Of a stretch of 64,000 nt of DNA, positions 44,251-54,714 are shown in pieces. The notes under the pieces are model-generated. The model saw only the letters and a list, made by a program, of their open reading frames with translations, was not told where the DNA came from and did not search any database. How positions within the stretch are numbered: position 1 is the stretch's first letter; each line of letters starts with the position of its first letter. The stretch covers positions 101,028 through 165,027 of the forward strand of contig CAWAGP010000010.1 in assembly GCA_963781705.1 (NCBI GenBank). Reading direction: 5' to 3'. The DNA is from an uncultured Chloroflexia bacterium. Its GTDB lineage: Bacteria; Chloroflexota; Limnocylindria; Limnocylindrales; CSP1-4. A program made the position numbers and the translations under genes.

Positions 44251-44961
44251 TCAGGGTACCGGCTGGCCCGGCAAGCGGTAACCGACGCCGCGCACGGAGA
44301 TCGGCACTGGCGCGCCGAGCGCGTTGAGCTTCTCGCGCAGGCGGCCGAGATGCGGTTTCAGCCAGAGTGGGTCCGGGTCGCTCACGTCGGGCCAGCCGGC
44401 GGCCAGCAGGTCAGCATGGGACACGAGCTCGTCGAGCCGCTCGACGAGCGCCGCCAGCAATTCGAACTCGATCGCCGTTGCCCCGACCAGGTGGTCTTGC
44501 CAGCGGATCTCGTGACGCGGAGCGTCAAGATTCCAGCCCGAGTCGGCAAGCAGCGCAGTGTGCGACCGCGCACTCCTTCCTCGGGCGTGCCGGCGCACGA
44601 CGGCGTGGATGCGCGCGAGGAGCTCGGCCGAGGGCGCGCCCTTGCGCACGAAGTCGTCGGCGCCCAGGTCGAGCAGCTCGGCGGGCACGGACCGGTCACG
44701 CTCGCCCGACACGATCAGGATGGGCACGTCCGATGTGGCTCGCATGCTACGGCACACGTCGGCGCCGTCGAGTCCGGGCATGGCCAGGTCGAGCAGCACC
44801 GCGTCAAGATGCTCGCTGCGAAATCGGCGCATCGCCTCTTCACCGTCGTAGGCGGCGACTATGCGGTGGCCGGCCTTGCCCAGCACCGCGCCGAGCGCGC
44901 CGACCCACGCCGGCTCGTCGTCGACCACCAGCACGGTCAGGCCGCGCGGCACGTCAGCCAT
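44251..44961 (-). CDS. OmpR/PhoB-family response regulator transcription factor
   Basis: REC (LVVDDE...VLLDLAMPGLDG...) plus winged-helix C-terminus (…VSVRGVGYRL). It is about 4 kb from the GAF-sensor histidine kinase, with the MFS transporter and a small Cys-rich ORF between them. Start at internal ATG 44961. Confidence 0.75.
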   Translation of the reverse strand: MADVPRGLTVLVVDDEPAWVGALGAVLGKAGHRIVAAYDGEEAMRRFRSEHLDAVLLDLAMPGLDGADVCRSMRATSDVPILIVSGERDRSVPAELLDLGADDFVRKGAPSAELLARIHAVVRRHARGRSARSHTALLADSGWNLDAPRHEIRWQDHLVGATAIEFELLAALVERLDELVSHADLLAAGWPDVSDPDPLWLKPHLGRLREKLNALGAPVPISVRGVGYRLPGQPVP

Positions 44962-44963
44962 GG

Positions 44964-45869
44964 CTATCGGGCGCGCTCCTCGCGGCACACGTTGCGCAGG
45001 CGGCCGATGCGCTCGATGTCGATGACCAGCTCGTCCCCGTCGTGGAGCGTCCGCTGAGGGTGGCGGAACCAGCCCACCCCGGCCGGTGTGCCGGTCGCCA
45101 GGATGTCGCCCGGCTCGAGCGTGAACGCCTGGGAACAGAACGAGATCAACTCGGCGACGCCGAAGATCATCTCGGCCGTTGACGCGTCCTGCATCACCTC
45201 GCCGTTGACCAGGCTGCGCACACGCAGCCGCTGCGGATCACCGGCCTCGTCCGGGGTGACCAGCCAGGGACCCATCGGGCAGAACGTGTCGAGTGACTTG
45301 GCGCGCACGAATTGGCGGTCGGCGTATTGCAGGTCGCGCGCGCTGACGTCGTTCAGGCAGGTGTAGCCGAGGACGTGATCGAGTGCCTGCGCCGGGGCGA
45401 CGCGCCGGCAGGAGCGGCCGATGATCACCGCGAGCTCGGCCTCGAGGTCGACTGCCTGCGTCAGCTGCGGGTCCCAGCGGATGTCGGCGTCCGGGCCGAC
45501 CACCGCGGTGGTCAGCTTGGCGAACAACACCGGGTGGTCGGGTGGTTCGCGATTCTGCTCGGCCGCATGGCCGGCGTAGTTCACCCCCACCGCGACGATC
45601 TTGCCCGGCCGCGGAAGGGGAGCGAGTAGCTCGACCTCGTCCAGGGCCATGCTCAGAGCATTGATCGCCCGCTCGCTTGAGTCGGCCACGGCCGCTATCT
45701 GGCGCAGCTCGGCCGGCCCGCGGCGACACAACTCGGCCATCGTCGCGGGCAGCGACTCGTCGAGTGCCGCAACGGCCACGACGCGCTCCCCGAAGACCAG
45801 GCCCAGCCGCGCTTCGCGACCCGTCTCGGCGGGCAGCGCAGTGATCGAGCGGAAGGAGGCAAGCTTCAT
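44964..45869 (-). CDS. Fumarylacetoacetate hydrolase family protein (2-keto-4-pentenoate hydratase/isomerase-decarboxylase-like)
   Basis: MKLASFRSI...GKIVAVGVNYAGHAAE...VIIGR...LNDVSARDLQ... are FAH-family catalytic-domain motifs. Internal ATG 45869; the upstream extension is low-complexity. There is a 4-nt overlap with the response-regulator start. Confidence 0.7.
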   Translation of the reverse strand: MKLASFRSITALPAETGREARLGLVFGERVVAVAALDESLPATMAELCRRGPAELRQIAAVADSSERAINALSMALDEVELLAPLPRPGKIVAVGVNYAGHAAEQNREPPDHPVLFAKLTTAVVGPDADIRWDPQLTQAVDLEAELAVIIGRSCRRVAPAQALDHVLGYTCLNDVSARDLQYADRQFVRAKSLDTFCPMGPWLVTPDEAGDPQRLRVRSLVNGEVMQDASTAEMIFGVAELISFCSQAFTLEPGDILATGTPAGVGWFRHPQRTLHDGDELVIDIERIGRLRNVCREERAR

Positions 45870-46831
45870 TGCGGTTGCCGTGATTGTGCAACCAGCACGC
45901 CGATGATGACCAGCGCGCCACCGATCAGCTGGACCGGCGTCAACTGCTCGTGCAGCAGGATTGCGGCGAGGGTGATCGTGTACACGGGCTCGACCGTGCT
46001 GACCAGCGAAGCCTGCGCCGCACCGATCCGCCGCGCTCCGGCATAGAACGTCTGCAGCGCAATCGCAGTCGAGACGATGCCCACTCCGAAGAGCGGCAGC
46101 CAGGCATCGCCGGGGATCTGGGCCGGCCATGCCGGATGACCCGTAGCGAGAACGATCAGCCACCAGGCAATCGCGGTGGCGCTGAGCATGATCGCGGCGG
46201 TCGGTGCCGCGTCCGGCGCCGAGGCCACAGCAGCCGTTTCCGACTCATGCGGCGGCACGTTGCCGGCACGTCCGTGGCTGGTCGACCGCTCGCCGGCCAG
46301 CCGGCCGGCGAGCACGATCCACACCGCATAGATGACCGGCGACGAGATCATCAGCAGCAGGCCGCCGATGGGCGGCGCCGTCGACTGATCGATGCCGCCG
46401 ACCGCAAGCGCGACTCCGACCGTCGCTAGGCCCAGTGCACCCCACGCCCGGCGACCCTCGAGCCGCCGCCCGAAGCGGATCGTCATCACCGCCACCAGCG
46501 CCGGATAGATGTAGACGATCAGCGCCGCGAGGGAAGCCGAAACCGTCTCGAGTCCGGCGAAGTAAGTCCCGCTGTTGCCGACGAAGAAGAAGCCGAGCAG
46601 GACCAGCAGGAGCACGCGCCGGCGCGGCAGCAGGCGCAACGCGCGGCGCTGGCCGGGCCACAGGAGCAGCCACGCCCACGAGGCCAGTGCGGCGAACAGG
46701 AAGCGCCAGGCGAGCAGGGTCAGCCAGTCCACGCCGGCTCCGTAGGCGGGCTTGGCGAACAGCGGCCCCGAGCCGTAGCCGCAGGCGGAGATGACGACCA
46801 GCAGAATGCCCAGCGCGCGCTGGCGGGTCAT
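45866..46831 (-). CDS. DMT superfamily (EamA-like) transporter
   Basis: 10 TM helices in two EamA repeats, 321 aa. Confidence 0.7.
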   Translation of the reverse strand: MTRQRALGILLVVISACGYGSGPLFAKPAYGAGVDWLTLLAWRFLFAALASWAWLLLWPGQRRALRLLPRRRVLLLVLLGFFFVGNSGTYFAGLETVSASLAALIVYIYPALVAVMTIRFGRRLEGRRAWGALGLATVGVALAVGGIDQSTAPPIGGLLLMISSPVIYAVWIVLAGRLAGERSTSHGRAGNVPPHESETAAVASAPDAAPTAAIMLSATAIAWWLIVLATGHPAWPAQIPGDAWLPLFGVGIVSTAIALQTFYAGARRIGAAQASLVSTVEPVYTITLAAILLHEQLTPVQLIGGALVIIGVLVAQSRQPQ

Positions 46832-46884
46832 CGGTGGGCGTCCTCGGGCATGCCGGCCGATGCTATCGGTAGACTGGCTGCACA

Positions 46885-47277
46885 GTGGCAGCTCCCGCTA
46901 CGCCGTCAAGCCCATCAGAGCAGGCGACCGTCGTCGTGCTGGCGGATGATCTGATCTGGGCATCGCGACTGGTCGCGGCCGTGCGCCGGGCCGGCGCCGA
47001 GCCGGTCGCGTGCAGCACGGAAGCGACTTTTGCCGCTGCGGTGGCGTCCGGCGGCGGAACGGCCATCGTCGACCTTGCCGGCCGCTCGTACGACGGCATC
47101 GCGCAGGTCGGCCGCGCGGCGGCGGCCGGTCACGTGGTGCTGGCCGTCGCGCAGCACGACGATCTCGATCTGCGCCGCCGCGCGCTCGCTGCCGGAGCGC
47201 GTCGCGTCTTGTCTTACAACAAGCTGTTCACCGCCGGCCAGCAGGTTGTGGCGGCGCTGCTGGACGGCGACCTGTGA
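46885..47277 (+). CDS. Hypothetical protein, receiver-domain-like fold
   Basis: TVVVLADDLIWASRL...AIVDLAGRS...VVLAVAQH... is a beta-alpha pattern with DD and D positions resembling a REC domain. It is translationally coupled (GTGA) to the downstream M24 peptidase. Confidence 0.35.
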   Translation: MAAPATPSSPSEQATVVVLADDLIWASRLVAAVRRAGAEPVACSTEATFAAAVASGGGTAIVDLAGRSYDGIAQVGRAAAAGHVVLAVAQHDDLDLRRRALAAGARRVLSYNKLFTAGQQVVAALLDGDL

Positions 47278-48467
47278 GCACGCGCAGCATCGCCGGCGCT
47301 CGCTACGTGGCGCGCATCGCCGCGGCGCGCACGCGACTGCCGACCGAGGATGCCGCGGCGCTGCTCGTCGGCGTCGGTGCCGACCTGCAATGGCTGACCG
47401 GCTATGCGGCAACGGCGCTGGAACGCCTGACGATGCTGGTCGTGCCGGCCGAGGGCGCGGTGACGCTGGTGGTGCCGCGCCTGGAGCGAGCCGCAGCGGA
47501 GGCATGCAGCGCGGCTCAATCTGGCGCCATCGAGCTGGTCACGTGGGAGGAAACCGACGATCCGTTCGAATTGGTGGCGCAGCTGCTGCAACGGGCCAAG
47601 AGCCGCCCTGAGATCCAGCTCGGCGCGCTGGGCGGTGCCTGGGGCCGGCTCGGTGGACTGCTGCTGTCGGACCGGCTGTGGGCCACGTTCGTTCTGCGGT
47701 TGCAGGCTGCATTGCCCGACGCTGCCTTCGGTCTCGCATCGACGGTGCTCGCCAATCTGCGCGCCGTGAAGGATGCCGAGGAAACCGAACTGCTGCGTGG
47801 CGCGGCGCACGCCGCCGATCGAGCCGTCACGGCGATCGCCCGCGGGCCGCTGGTCGGCCGCAGCGAGGCCGACGTCTCGCGCGAGATACGTGAACGGCTG
47901 GTCGCCGAGGGCCACGATCTGGCCAGTTTCGCCATCGTCGGCAGCGGGCCGAATTCAGCTTCGCCGCACCACGAGGCGAGTGAGCGGGTGATCGGCGCGG
48001 GGGAGCCGATCGTGCTCGACATCGGCGGCCAGATCGAGGGCTACTGCTCCGATACCACGCGCACCGTATGGGTGACAGGTGAGGCGGCCATCCAGCCGAC
48101 CGCGGACTACCGGCGGCTGTACGACGTTCTCCAGGCTGCCCAGTCGGCGGCGACCGCGGCGGTCAAGCCGGGCGTCCCGGCCGAGGCAATTGACGGTGTC
48201 GCGCGGGGCATCATCGATGCGGCAGGCTTCGGGCCGAACTTCATCCACCGCACCGGCCACGGCATTGGGCTCGAGGGGCACGAGGAGCCCTACATCGTGG
48301 CCGGCAACGACGACCCGCTGCTGGCCGGCAACGCCTTCAGCATCGAGCCCGGCATCTACCTCGACGGCCGTTACGGGGCGCGCATCGAGGACATCGTCAT
48401 CTGCACCCAAGACGGACCCGACGTCCTCAATCAGACGGCGCGCGAGCTGCTGGTGGTCAAGGGATGA
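47274..48467 (+). CDS. M24 family metallopeptidase (Xaa-Pro aminopeptidase-like)
   Basis: Pita-bread fold metal ligands (…DIGGQIEGYCSDTTRT…HRTGHGIGLEGHEEP…SIEPGIY…). The GTG start overlaps the upstream stop. Confidence 0.75.
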   Translation: MSTRSIAGARYVARIAAARTRLPTEDAAALLVGVGADLQWLTGYAATALERLTMLVVPAEGAVTLVVPRLERAAAEACSAAQSGAIELVTWEETDDPFELVAQLLQRAKSRPEIQLGALGGAWGRLGGLLLSDRLWATFVLRLQAALPDAAFGLASTVLANLRAVKDAEETELLRGAAHAADRAVTAIARGPLVGRSEADVSREIRERLVAEGHDLASFAIVGSGPNSASPHHEASERVIGAGEPIVLDIGGQIEGYCSDTTRTVWVTGEAAIQPTADYRRLYDVLQAAQSAATAAVKPGVPAEAIDGVARGIIDAAGFGPNFIHRTGHGIGLEGHEEPYIVAGNDDPLLAGNAFSIEPGIYLDGRYGARIEDIVICTQDGPDVLNQTARELLVVKG

Positions 48468-48868
48468 GCCGCGACGAGCCACTCGACGGCGCCCCGGAGC
48501 GCGGCGTCGCCGTTGGCCGAGAACCCGCCGAGGCGCCGCCGACGTTCGACCACGGACAGCCCGATGCCGCGCTGGCGTCAGAGCGCCGTGGACCGACCCA
48601 GGCGCAATTGCGTCGCTTCATCAAATCGCGCCCATATGTACCGCTGCACGAGCTGCGCCGCCGCTTCGAGCTGGCCGGTGACCTAGACGAGGTGTGCCAG
48701 ATCGAGGACCCGCTGGCAGGAGCAGTCTTCATCGGCGTGCCCGCGCGCGAGGCCCAATTCATCGAGGGCTTGTGCCGCGACGGTGAGGTCGGCCTGGAGT
48801 TATCACGTGATCCGGGCGTGCCGATCGTGGTCGGCGTCTTTGCAATGAGGCCGGTCAGCCGCAACTGA
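48464..48868 (+). CDS. Hypothetical protein (possible winged-helix); coupled between M24 peptidase and copA
   Basis: 134 aa. The ATGA overlap with the peptidase stop, and it ends 57 nt before copA. No recognised motif; the N-terminal 45 aa are low complexity. Confidence 0.4.
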   Translation: MSRDEPLDGAPERGVAVGREPAEAPPTFDHGQPDAALASERRGPTQAQLRRFIKSRPYVPLHELRRRFELAGDLDEVCQIEDPLAGAVFIGVPAREAQFIEGLCRDGEVGLELSRDPGVPIVVGVFAMRPVSRN

Positions 48869-48925
48869 GGGGTCCGTTCGGCACTGCGGGGCCGGCGCCG
48901 GGGTCGTCTTATACTATGGGGGAGT

Positions 48926-51256
48926 ATGAGCGACACAACAATTCAGGCCCCGCTGCCGGAGATCGAGCTGATCCTGCCAATCGAGGGCATGACCTGCGCC
49001 GCGTGCGTGAACCGCGTCGAACGCTTCCTGCGCAAGACCGATGGCGTGCTCGAAGCCAACGTCAACCTGTCGACTGAGCAGGCGCGCATCCGCTTCGATC
49101 CGCAGATGGTCGGCCGCGGCGAGCTCGTCCATGCGGTCGAGGCGTCCGGCTATGAGGTGCGCACCGAACCGGAAACCGACGACGCCGCGCGGCTGACGTC
49201 CGAACCCGACGAGACCTACGAGCTGCGCCGGCGCGAGACGCGCCGCCTGTTCTGGCAGGCAACGGGCGCCCTTGCGATCGGCGCCGCGATGATGGCCGCC
49301 GGGCTGGTCTCCGCCGCCTGGCTGACGGTCGCGCAGCTCAACCTGCTGCTGTTGGTGCCGGCGACGGTGGTCCAATTCGGCCTGGGCTATCGCTTCTATG
49401 ACGCCGCATGGCGCGCGGCGCGCCACCGTTCCGCGAACATGAACACGCTGGTCGTGCTGGGCACCAGCGCAGCGTGGCTGTACTCGACCGTGGTTACCTT
49501 CTGGCCCGGCGCAGTGGCCGGCTCGGGCCTCGCGCCCGCGACCTACTACGACAGTGCGGCGGTGATCATCGGCCTCGTGTTGATGGGCCGTTGGCTCGAG
49601 GCGCGCGCTCGGTCGCAGACGTATATCGCGGTCCGCCGGCTCGCCGGCCTGCAACCGTCCACCGCCCGGCTGCTACGCGACGGTATTGAAGCCGACGTTC
49701 CCCTCGCGCAGGTCCAGCCCGGCGACGTGCTGCGCGTACGACCGGGTGAGAAGGTGCCCGTCGACGGCCGCATCCTCGAAGGTTCATCCACGCTCGACGA
49801 GTCGATGCTCACCGGCGAGGCGATGCCGGTGGCCAAGGGCATCGGCGACGAAGTCATTGGCGCCACGATGAACCAGACCGGCAGCTTCCTGTTCCGCGCC
49901 ACCCGTGTCGGGCGCGACACCGTGCTCGGGCAGATCGTCCACCTGGTCGAGCAGGCACAGGGCTCGAAGGCACCCATTCAGCGCCTGGCCGACGCAGTGA
50001 CCGGCTGGTTCGTGCCGGCCGTGTTGGGGCTCGCCACGCTGACCATGCTCATCTGGCTGGCGTTTGGCCCCGAGCCGCGGCTGACCTTCGCCTTGGTCGG
50101 CTTCATCAGCGTGCTGATCATCGCCTGCCCGTGCGCCATGGGCCTGGCCACGCCGACCGCGATCATGGTCGCTACCGGCAAGGGCGCCGAAGCGGGCGTG
50201 CTCATCCGCGGCGGGGAGGCGCTCGAACAGGCGGAGCGCATCGATACCGTCATCTTCGACAAGACCGGAACGCTCACCCGTGGGCGGCCGCAGGTTGCTG
50301 CCGTCGCGCCGGTCGCAGGCGTGAGCGAAGCTGCTCTGCTGGCCGTCGCAGCCGCCGTCGAGCGCGGCAGCGAGCATCCGCTGGCGGCCGCCATCCTCGA
50401 GCGGGCCCAGACGGCCGGGGTCACCATCCCGCCGGCGGCCGACTTCGCGGCCGCTGCCGGCCACGGTGCCCACGCGCTGGTCGACGGCATGCCGGTCATC
50501 GTCGGCAATCGGACGCTCATGCACGACCACGACGTCGACGTTGCCGAGCTCGATGACTCGCTCAACACGGCGGCCGGGCTGGCTCAAACGCCGGTGTACG
50601 TGGCCCGCGACGGCCACCTGCTCGGCCTGATCGCGGTCAGCGATCCGGTGCGCAGCGAGGCGAGGACGGCGGTCAGCCGGCTGGCCGACCGCGGCGTGGC
50701 CGTCTGGCTGGTGACCGGTGATCAGCAACGTGTGGCGGACGCAGTCGCGGCGCAGGTCGGCATCCCGCCGGCCCACGTAGCGGCCGAGGTCCTACCCGCC
50801 GACAAAGCCGAGGTGGTTCGTCGTCTGCAGCAGGACGGTCACCGCGTGGCGATGGTCGGCGACGGTATCAACGACGCCCCGGCGCTCGCCCAGGCCGATT
50901 TGGGCGTGGCCATCGGCACGGGCACCGACGTGGCCATCGAGGCGTCTGATGTCACCCTGGTGGGCGGTGATCCGCGGCTTGTGGCAACCGCCATCGCCCT
51001 GTCGGCCGCGACCATGCGCACCATCCGCCAGAACCTGTTCTGGGCGTTTGCCTACAACGTGGTCCTGATCCCGGTCGCGATGGGTGTGCTGTACCCCTAC
51101 TTTGGGGTACTCCTCAACCCGGTGTTCGCCGCCGCGGCGATGGCCTTGAGCTCGGTCACCGTGGTCAGCAACTCGCTGCGGCTACGGCGTTTCTCGGCGC
51201 GCGAACCGGCACCGGCCGGGGAGCAGGCCGCCGTCGCGGGTGCGGTCGCGGGCTAG
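48926..51256 (+). CDS. copA: Copper-translocating P1B-type ATPase
   Basis: N-terminal [13 protein letters not shown]6 CPC ([13 protein letters not shown]), DKTGTLT phosphorylation site, [10 protein letters not shown] hinge, 776 aa. Confidence 0.85.
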   Translation: MSDTTIQAPLPEIELILPIEGMTCAACVNRVERFLRKTDGVLEANVNLSTEQARIRFDPQMVGRGELVHAVEASGYEVRTEPETDDAARLTSEPDETYELRRRETRRLFWQATGALAIGAAMMAAGLVSAAWLTVAQLNLLLLVPATVVQFGLGYRFYDAAWRAARHRSANMNTLVVLGTSAAWLYSTVVTFWPGAVAGSGLAPATYYDSAAVIIGLVLMGRWLEARARSQTYIAVRRLAGLQPSTARLLRDGIEADVPLAQVQPGDVLRVRPGEKVPVDGRILEGSSTLDESMLTGEAMPVAKGIGDEVIGATMNQTGSFLFRATRVGRDTVLGQIVHLVEQAQGSKAPIQRLADAVTGWFVPAVLGLATLTMLIWLAFGPEPRLTFALVGFISVLIIACPCAMGLATPTAIMVATGKGAEAGVLIRGGEALEQAERIDTVIFDKTGTLTRGRPQVAAVAPVAGVSEAALLAVAAAVERGSEHPLAAAILERAQTAGVTIPPAADFAAAAGHGAHALVDGMPVIVGNRTLMHDHDVDVAELDDSLNTAAGLAQTPVYVARDGHLLGLIAVSDPVRSEARTAVSRLADRGVAVWLVTGDQQRVADAVAAQVGIPPAHVAAEVLPADKAEVVRRLQQDGHRVAMVGDGINDAPALAQADLGVAIGTGTDVAIEASDVTLVGGDPRLVATAIALSAATMRTIRQNLFWAFAYNVVLIPVAMGVLYPYFGVLLNPVFAAAAMALSSVTVVSNSLRLRRFSAREPAPAGEQAAVAGAVAG

Positions 51257-51505
51257 AGTAGGCCGGAGCCGCAGGCGAACCGTGATCGCCGCGCGGCCGG
51301 GCACGCTGAGCGGCCACTGCCAACAACCGGTGGTACCGCTCTGGGGTGACGATGGTGGTGTGGTAGGACGAGCCGCCGCTGCCTAGGTTGTTGCCCTTAC
51401 CAGTCGTGTTCACCCGCGCACAGGCTCCGTGGCGCCCGGGCGATGGGACAACAAATCAAAGCCCCGCCGGTGCCGCCAACGCCAGCGAGGGATTGGAGGG
51501 AAACC

Positions 51506-53911
51506 TTGGCACTCGTCCGGGCCGCCCGGCTCATCCTCGTCGCCTGCCTCGTCGCGCTGGCCGGTCTCGCACCCGCCGCTCTGGCGACGGCCAACGGCTC
51601 GACGACCATCTCGCCGACCGCCGATGCGTTCGTGGTCGCATCCAAGCCGAATCGCAACTTCGGCCGGTCGCCGTGGCTGCAGGCGGCCGATGGCGTATCG
51701 GCCAGCTATCTGCGCTTCGACCTCAAGCCATGGCTGGGTATGCATCCCCAGCAGTTGCTGCTGAACCTCAGCGGGCTGGTCGGCGAAGGTAGCGGACTGT
51801 CCGTCGTCGAGGCCGTCGGCGGCTGGGGGCAGCGCACGATCGACTTCAACAACCAGCCGGCCGGCTCGATCGGTGCGCCGGTCGCTGCCGTTATCTCGGG
51901 TGACGCGGCCACGTTCGATATCGCGTCGCTCTTCCCATCCGGGGCCATCGACCGCGCCTCGTTGTCGCTGCGCGTGAGCAACTCGCTGAATGATCCCGTC
52001 TACTTCGGATCACGGGAGAGCAACGCGCCACCCACCCTGGTGCTCGTGGCGCGGGCCGAGACGGACGCCGTCGGCATCGCCGCATCGGCGGATACCTACG
52101 TCAGCAAGGCCACGCCGACGGCCGACTACAGCGCGGCGCCGATCCTGGTCGTCGATGGCCGGCCCGCCACTGACGCCTATGTCACCTTCAGCCTGTCGGG
52201 TTGGGCCGGGCAGACGATCAGCCGCGCGCGACTCCAGCTGCACGTGCAGAACCCCGGCGGTCGCACGGTCAGCGTCTATCGCGTCGACAACGTCTCTGCG
52301 CAGGGCGGTCTGACCTGGGACGGCCGGCCGACGAGCGGCCCGCTGGCGGGCGCCGTAAACACCGCGCTTGCCGTCGGCACGCGCTCGATCGACGTGACGG
52401 GTGCCTTCACCAACGGCGTCGTCGACAGCGCGACCATCTCCTTCCGCATCACCAGCAGCAGCCGCAACGGGTTCATCGTCTCGTCGCGCGAGGGGGCCGC
52501 GCCGCCGCTGCTCGTGCTTACGCCGGGCCAAAGCGGTGGTGCTAATCCAACGCCGACCCCAACTCCAACGCCGACCCCAACTCCAACGCCGACCCCAACT
52601 CCAACGCCGACCCCAACTCCAACGCCGACCCCAACTCCAACGCCGACCCCAACTCCAACGCCGACCCCAACTCCAACGCCGACGCCGACCCCAACCCCGG
52701 CGCCGACATCCACACCCGGCTCCGGCGCGGTCTGGTACTTCAGCGGCAACGGCAGCGATCACGGCGTGGGCATGTCGCAGTACGGCGCGCGCGGTCGTGC
52801 CGCGGCCGGCCAGACGTACGACCAGATCCTCGCCCACTACTACACGGGTACGACCATAGGCACGATCGACCCGAACCAGATCGTGCGCGTGCTGCTAGCG
52901 TCGAACTACACGCCGACCGCCAACGCACCGGCGCGCGTGACCGCCCGCAACGGTAGCTGGTCGTCGGCTTCGTTGGTCGGTGGCAATGGTCAGCCGACCG
53001 TATTCCCGGCCGACTCCTACCTGCAACTCGAACAGGACACCGGCGTCTGGACCGCCGACGTGTTCGACGCCAGTGACACGTTGCTCGCATCGGTGCCGGC
53101 CAGCGACGTCGTAATGAACGGCCGCGACGGCAACACCGAATTCGAGATGCACTTCCGCGGCAGCCTGACCAAGTACGACATGTATCGCGGCGGCATGCAC
53201 CTGACCGTCGAGGGCAGCGGAGTACGGGCGATCAACGTGGTCAGCATGAACGACTACGTGAAGGGTGTCGTGCCGGCCGAGATGCCGCCACTGTGGCCGC
53301 TTGAGGCGGTCAAGGCACAGGCCGTGGCGGCGCGCAGCTACGCCTACGTGCGGCTCCGGCCCGACCGCGACTACGACGTCGTGCCCACCTCGGCAAACCA
53401 GGTCTACGGCGGCGTTGTGCTGGAACATCCACGTTCAGACCTGGCCGTCGATGAGACTGCCGATCAGGTCGTGATGTCGGACGGCAAGGTCGCCAACGCA
53501 TTCTTCTTCACGGTTGCCGGCGGCTATACCGAGAACAATGAGTACGCCTGGCCGGGCAGCAACGGCAAGGTCATCGCCAAGCCCATCAGTTACCTGCGCG
53601 GCGTGCCTGACTATGACGAGAACGGCGTGCCTTACGACGTCAACGCGCCCGGCTTCGCCTGGCAGGGCGGCGACTTCACGTGGGCTCAACTGCAGCAGAT
53701 GCTCGATGCCGACTCACGCACGGCGGTGGGCACGCTGCTCGACGTGACCTTTGACCGCGGGGTATCGGGCCGCATCTATCGTGCCACGATCACCGGCAGC
53801 GACCGTACGGTCCACGTCTCCGGCCAGGTCTTCAAGATCGTCTATAACCACCACCGCGTGTCGGGCGGCCAGCTCCAGTCGACGATGTTCTACTTCCAGC
53901 GCGCCAACTGA
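51506..53911 (+). CDS. Secreted SpoIID/LytB-domain protein with two N-terminal DNRLRE domains and a (PT)n linker
   Basis: TTG 51506 is preceded by GGAGGG (5-nt spacer). The signal peptide is [27 protein letters not shown]. Two DNRLRE-type modules (TADAFV...N.G...YLRFDL and SADTYV...AYVTFSL) are followed by about 35 PT repeats. The C-terminal SpoIID/LytB region is ...[13 protein letters not shown]...[10 protein letters not shown]. The track start of 51443 is also possible. Confidence 0.65.
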   Translation: MALVRAARLILVACLVALAGLAPAALATANGSTTISPTADAFVVASKPNRNFGRSPWLQAADGVSASYLRFDLKPWLGMHPQQLLLNLSGLVGEGSGLSVVEAVGGWGQRTIDFNNQPAGSIGAPVAAVISGDAATFDIASLFPSGAIDRASLSLRVSNSLNDPVYFGSRESNAPPTLVLVARAETDAVGIAASADTYVSKATPTADYSAAPILVVDGRPATDAYVTFSLSGWAGQTISRARLQLHVQNPGGRTVSVYRVDNVSAQGGLTWDGRPTSGPLAGAVNTALAVGTRSIDVTGAFTNGVVDSATISFRITSSSRNGFIVSSREGAAPPLLVLTPGQSGGANPTPTPTPTPTPTPTPTPTPTPTPTPTPTPTPTPTPTPTPTPTPTPTPTPTPAPTSTPGSGAVWYFSGNGSDHGVGMSQYGARGRAAAGQTYDQILAHYYTGTTIGTIDPNQIVRVLLASNYTPTANAPARVTARNGSWSSASLVGGNGQPTVFPADSYLQLEQDTGVWTADVFDASDTLLASVPASDVVMNGRDGNTEFEMHFRGSLTKYDMYRGGMHLTVEGSGVRAINVVSMNDYVKGVVPAEMPPLWPLEAVKAQAVAARSYAYVRLRPDRDYDVVPTSANQVYGGVVLEHPRSDLAVDETADQVVMSDGKVANAFFFTVAGGYTENNEYAWPGSNGKVIAKPISYLRGVPDYDENGVPYDVNAPGFAWQGGDFTWAQLQQMLDADSRTAVGTLLDVTFDRGVSGRIYRATITGSDRTVHVSGQVFKIVYNHHRVSGGQLQSTMFYFQRAN
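52546..52705 (+). repeat. Tandem 18-bp repeat (CCAACTCCAACGCCGACC)n encoding the (PT)n interdomain linker
   Basis: About 9 near-perfect head-to-tail copies, in frame within the SpoIID-like gene. There are no spacers, so it is not a CRISPR array. Confidence 0.85.
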
Positions 53912-53947
53912 CGCGCACGGGCCGCCGGCGGCCGATAGATTCGACAC

Positions 53948-54226
53948 GTGGACGGCGTGGCCCTGCTGGTGTTCTTCGTCGTCGTTCCGGTGACTACCAC
54001 GCTGGCAGGCATCTGGCTCGCGCAGTACATGCGTGGCCGATTGAAGTCGCCCCAGTTCCGGATGCAGGCAGCGCTCGGTTACGGCCTGTTCGGCGCCTTC
54101 GTCATCGTCGTCGGCGCCCTGGGCGCCAATTGGGCGATGGCCGGAGCCGGGGCCCTGTTGATCCTGATCGCATTTGGCATCGCCCGCCGCGGGTGGTTCG
54201 ACGGCCAGCCCGGCTCGACGGCCTGA
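53948..54226 (+). CDS. Small hypothetical membrane protein (2-3 TM)
   Basis: GTG start, VALLVFFVVVPVTTTLAGIWLAQY ... FGAFVIVVGALGANWAMAGAGALLILIAFGI. No homolog recognised. Confidence 0.35.
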   Translation: MDGVALLVFFVVVPVTTTLAGIWLAQYMRGRLKSPQFRMQAALGYGLFGAFVIVVGALGANWAMAGAGALLILIAFGIARRGWFDGQPGSTA

Positions 54227-54234
54227 GGCGTCCG

Positions 54235-54714
54235 GTGGCCAGGCGGCATGATCGGCAACTGGGCGAGTTTCGGTACGAGCACCCAGTCGAGGTCCGTTTC
54301 GTGGATACGGACGCCTTCGGTCACGTCAACAACGCGGTCTACCTCTCCTATTTCGAGGCGGCGCGCGCCGGTTACTACGCGACGGTAACCGGCACGCCAT
54401 TCATGACCGGCGCGCATGGGACCAAGCACGCCTTCGTCATCGCCGAGGCGCGCATCAGCTATCGCGCGCCGGCCCTGTTCGGCGAGACGCTCCTCGTGGC
54501 GTGCCGCTTCGGATGGACTTCGCGCTCGTCATTCGGTCTTGAATACCGCGTGCACGCGCCGCAATCGGCAATCGCACCGGCGCGCCTCGTCGCCGATGGC
54601 GAGACGGTGCAGGTGATGTTCGATCTCGCACGCAGCCGCATCAGCCGCGTACCCGCCGATCTGATCGCCCAGTTCGAGACCTACGAAGGATGCGCGATCC
54701 CGCGGCGGGTCTAG
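54235..54714 (+). CDS. Acyl-CoA thioesterase, hotdog fold (YbgC/4HBT-like)
   Basis: VEVRFVDTDAFGHVNNAVYLSYFEAAR has the conserved Asp and the HVNN motif of 4HBT thioesterases. GTG start 54235, 159 aa. Confidence 0.65.
   Translation: MARRHDRQLGEFRYEHPVEVRFVDTDAFGHVNNAVYLSYFEAARAGYYATVTGTPFMTGAHGTKHAFVIAEARISYRAPALFGETLLVACRFGWTSRSSFGLEYRVHAPQSAIAPARLVADGETVQVMFDLARSRISRVPADLIAQFETYEGCAIPRRV

Noticed and set aside
48464-48868. Possible copper chaperone/regulator (CopZ/CsoR) upstream of copA
   Set aside because: It has no MxCxxC metal-binding motif and no CsoR C-H-C signature, so it remains a hypothetical protein.
52276-52749. Minus-strand ORF encoding (GV)n and three further overlapping ORFs (52010..52837-, 52201..52545+, 52401..52859+) over the same 18-bp tandem repeat
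   Set aside because: Reverse-complement reading of the in-frame (PT)n-encoding tandem repeat of the SpoIID-like gene. It is not an independent gene and not a CRISPR array (no spacers).
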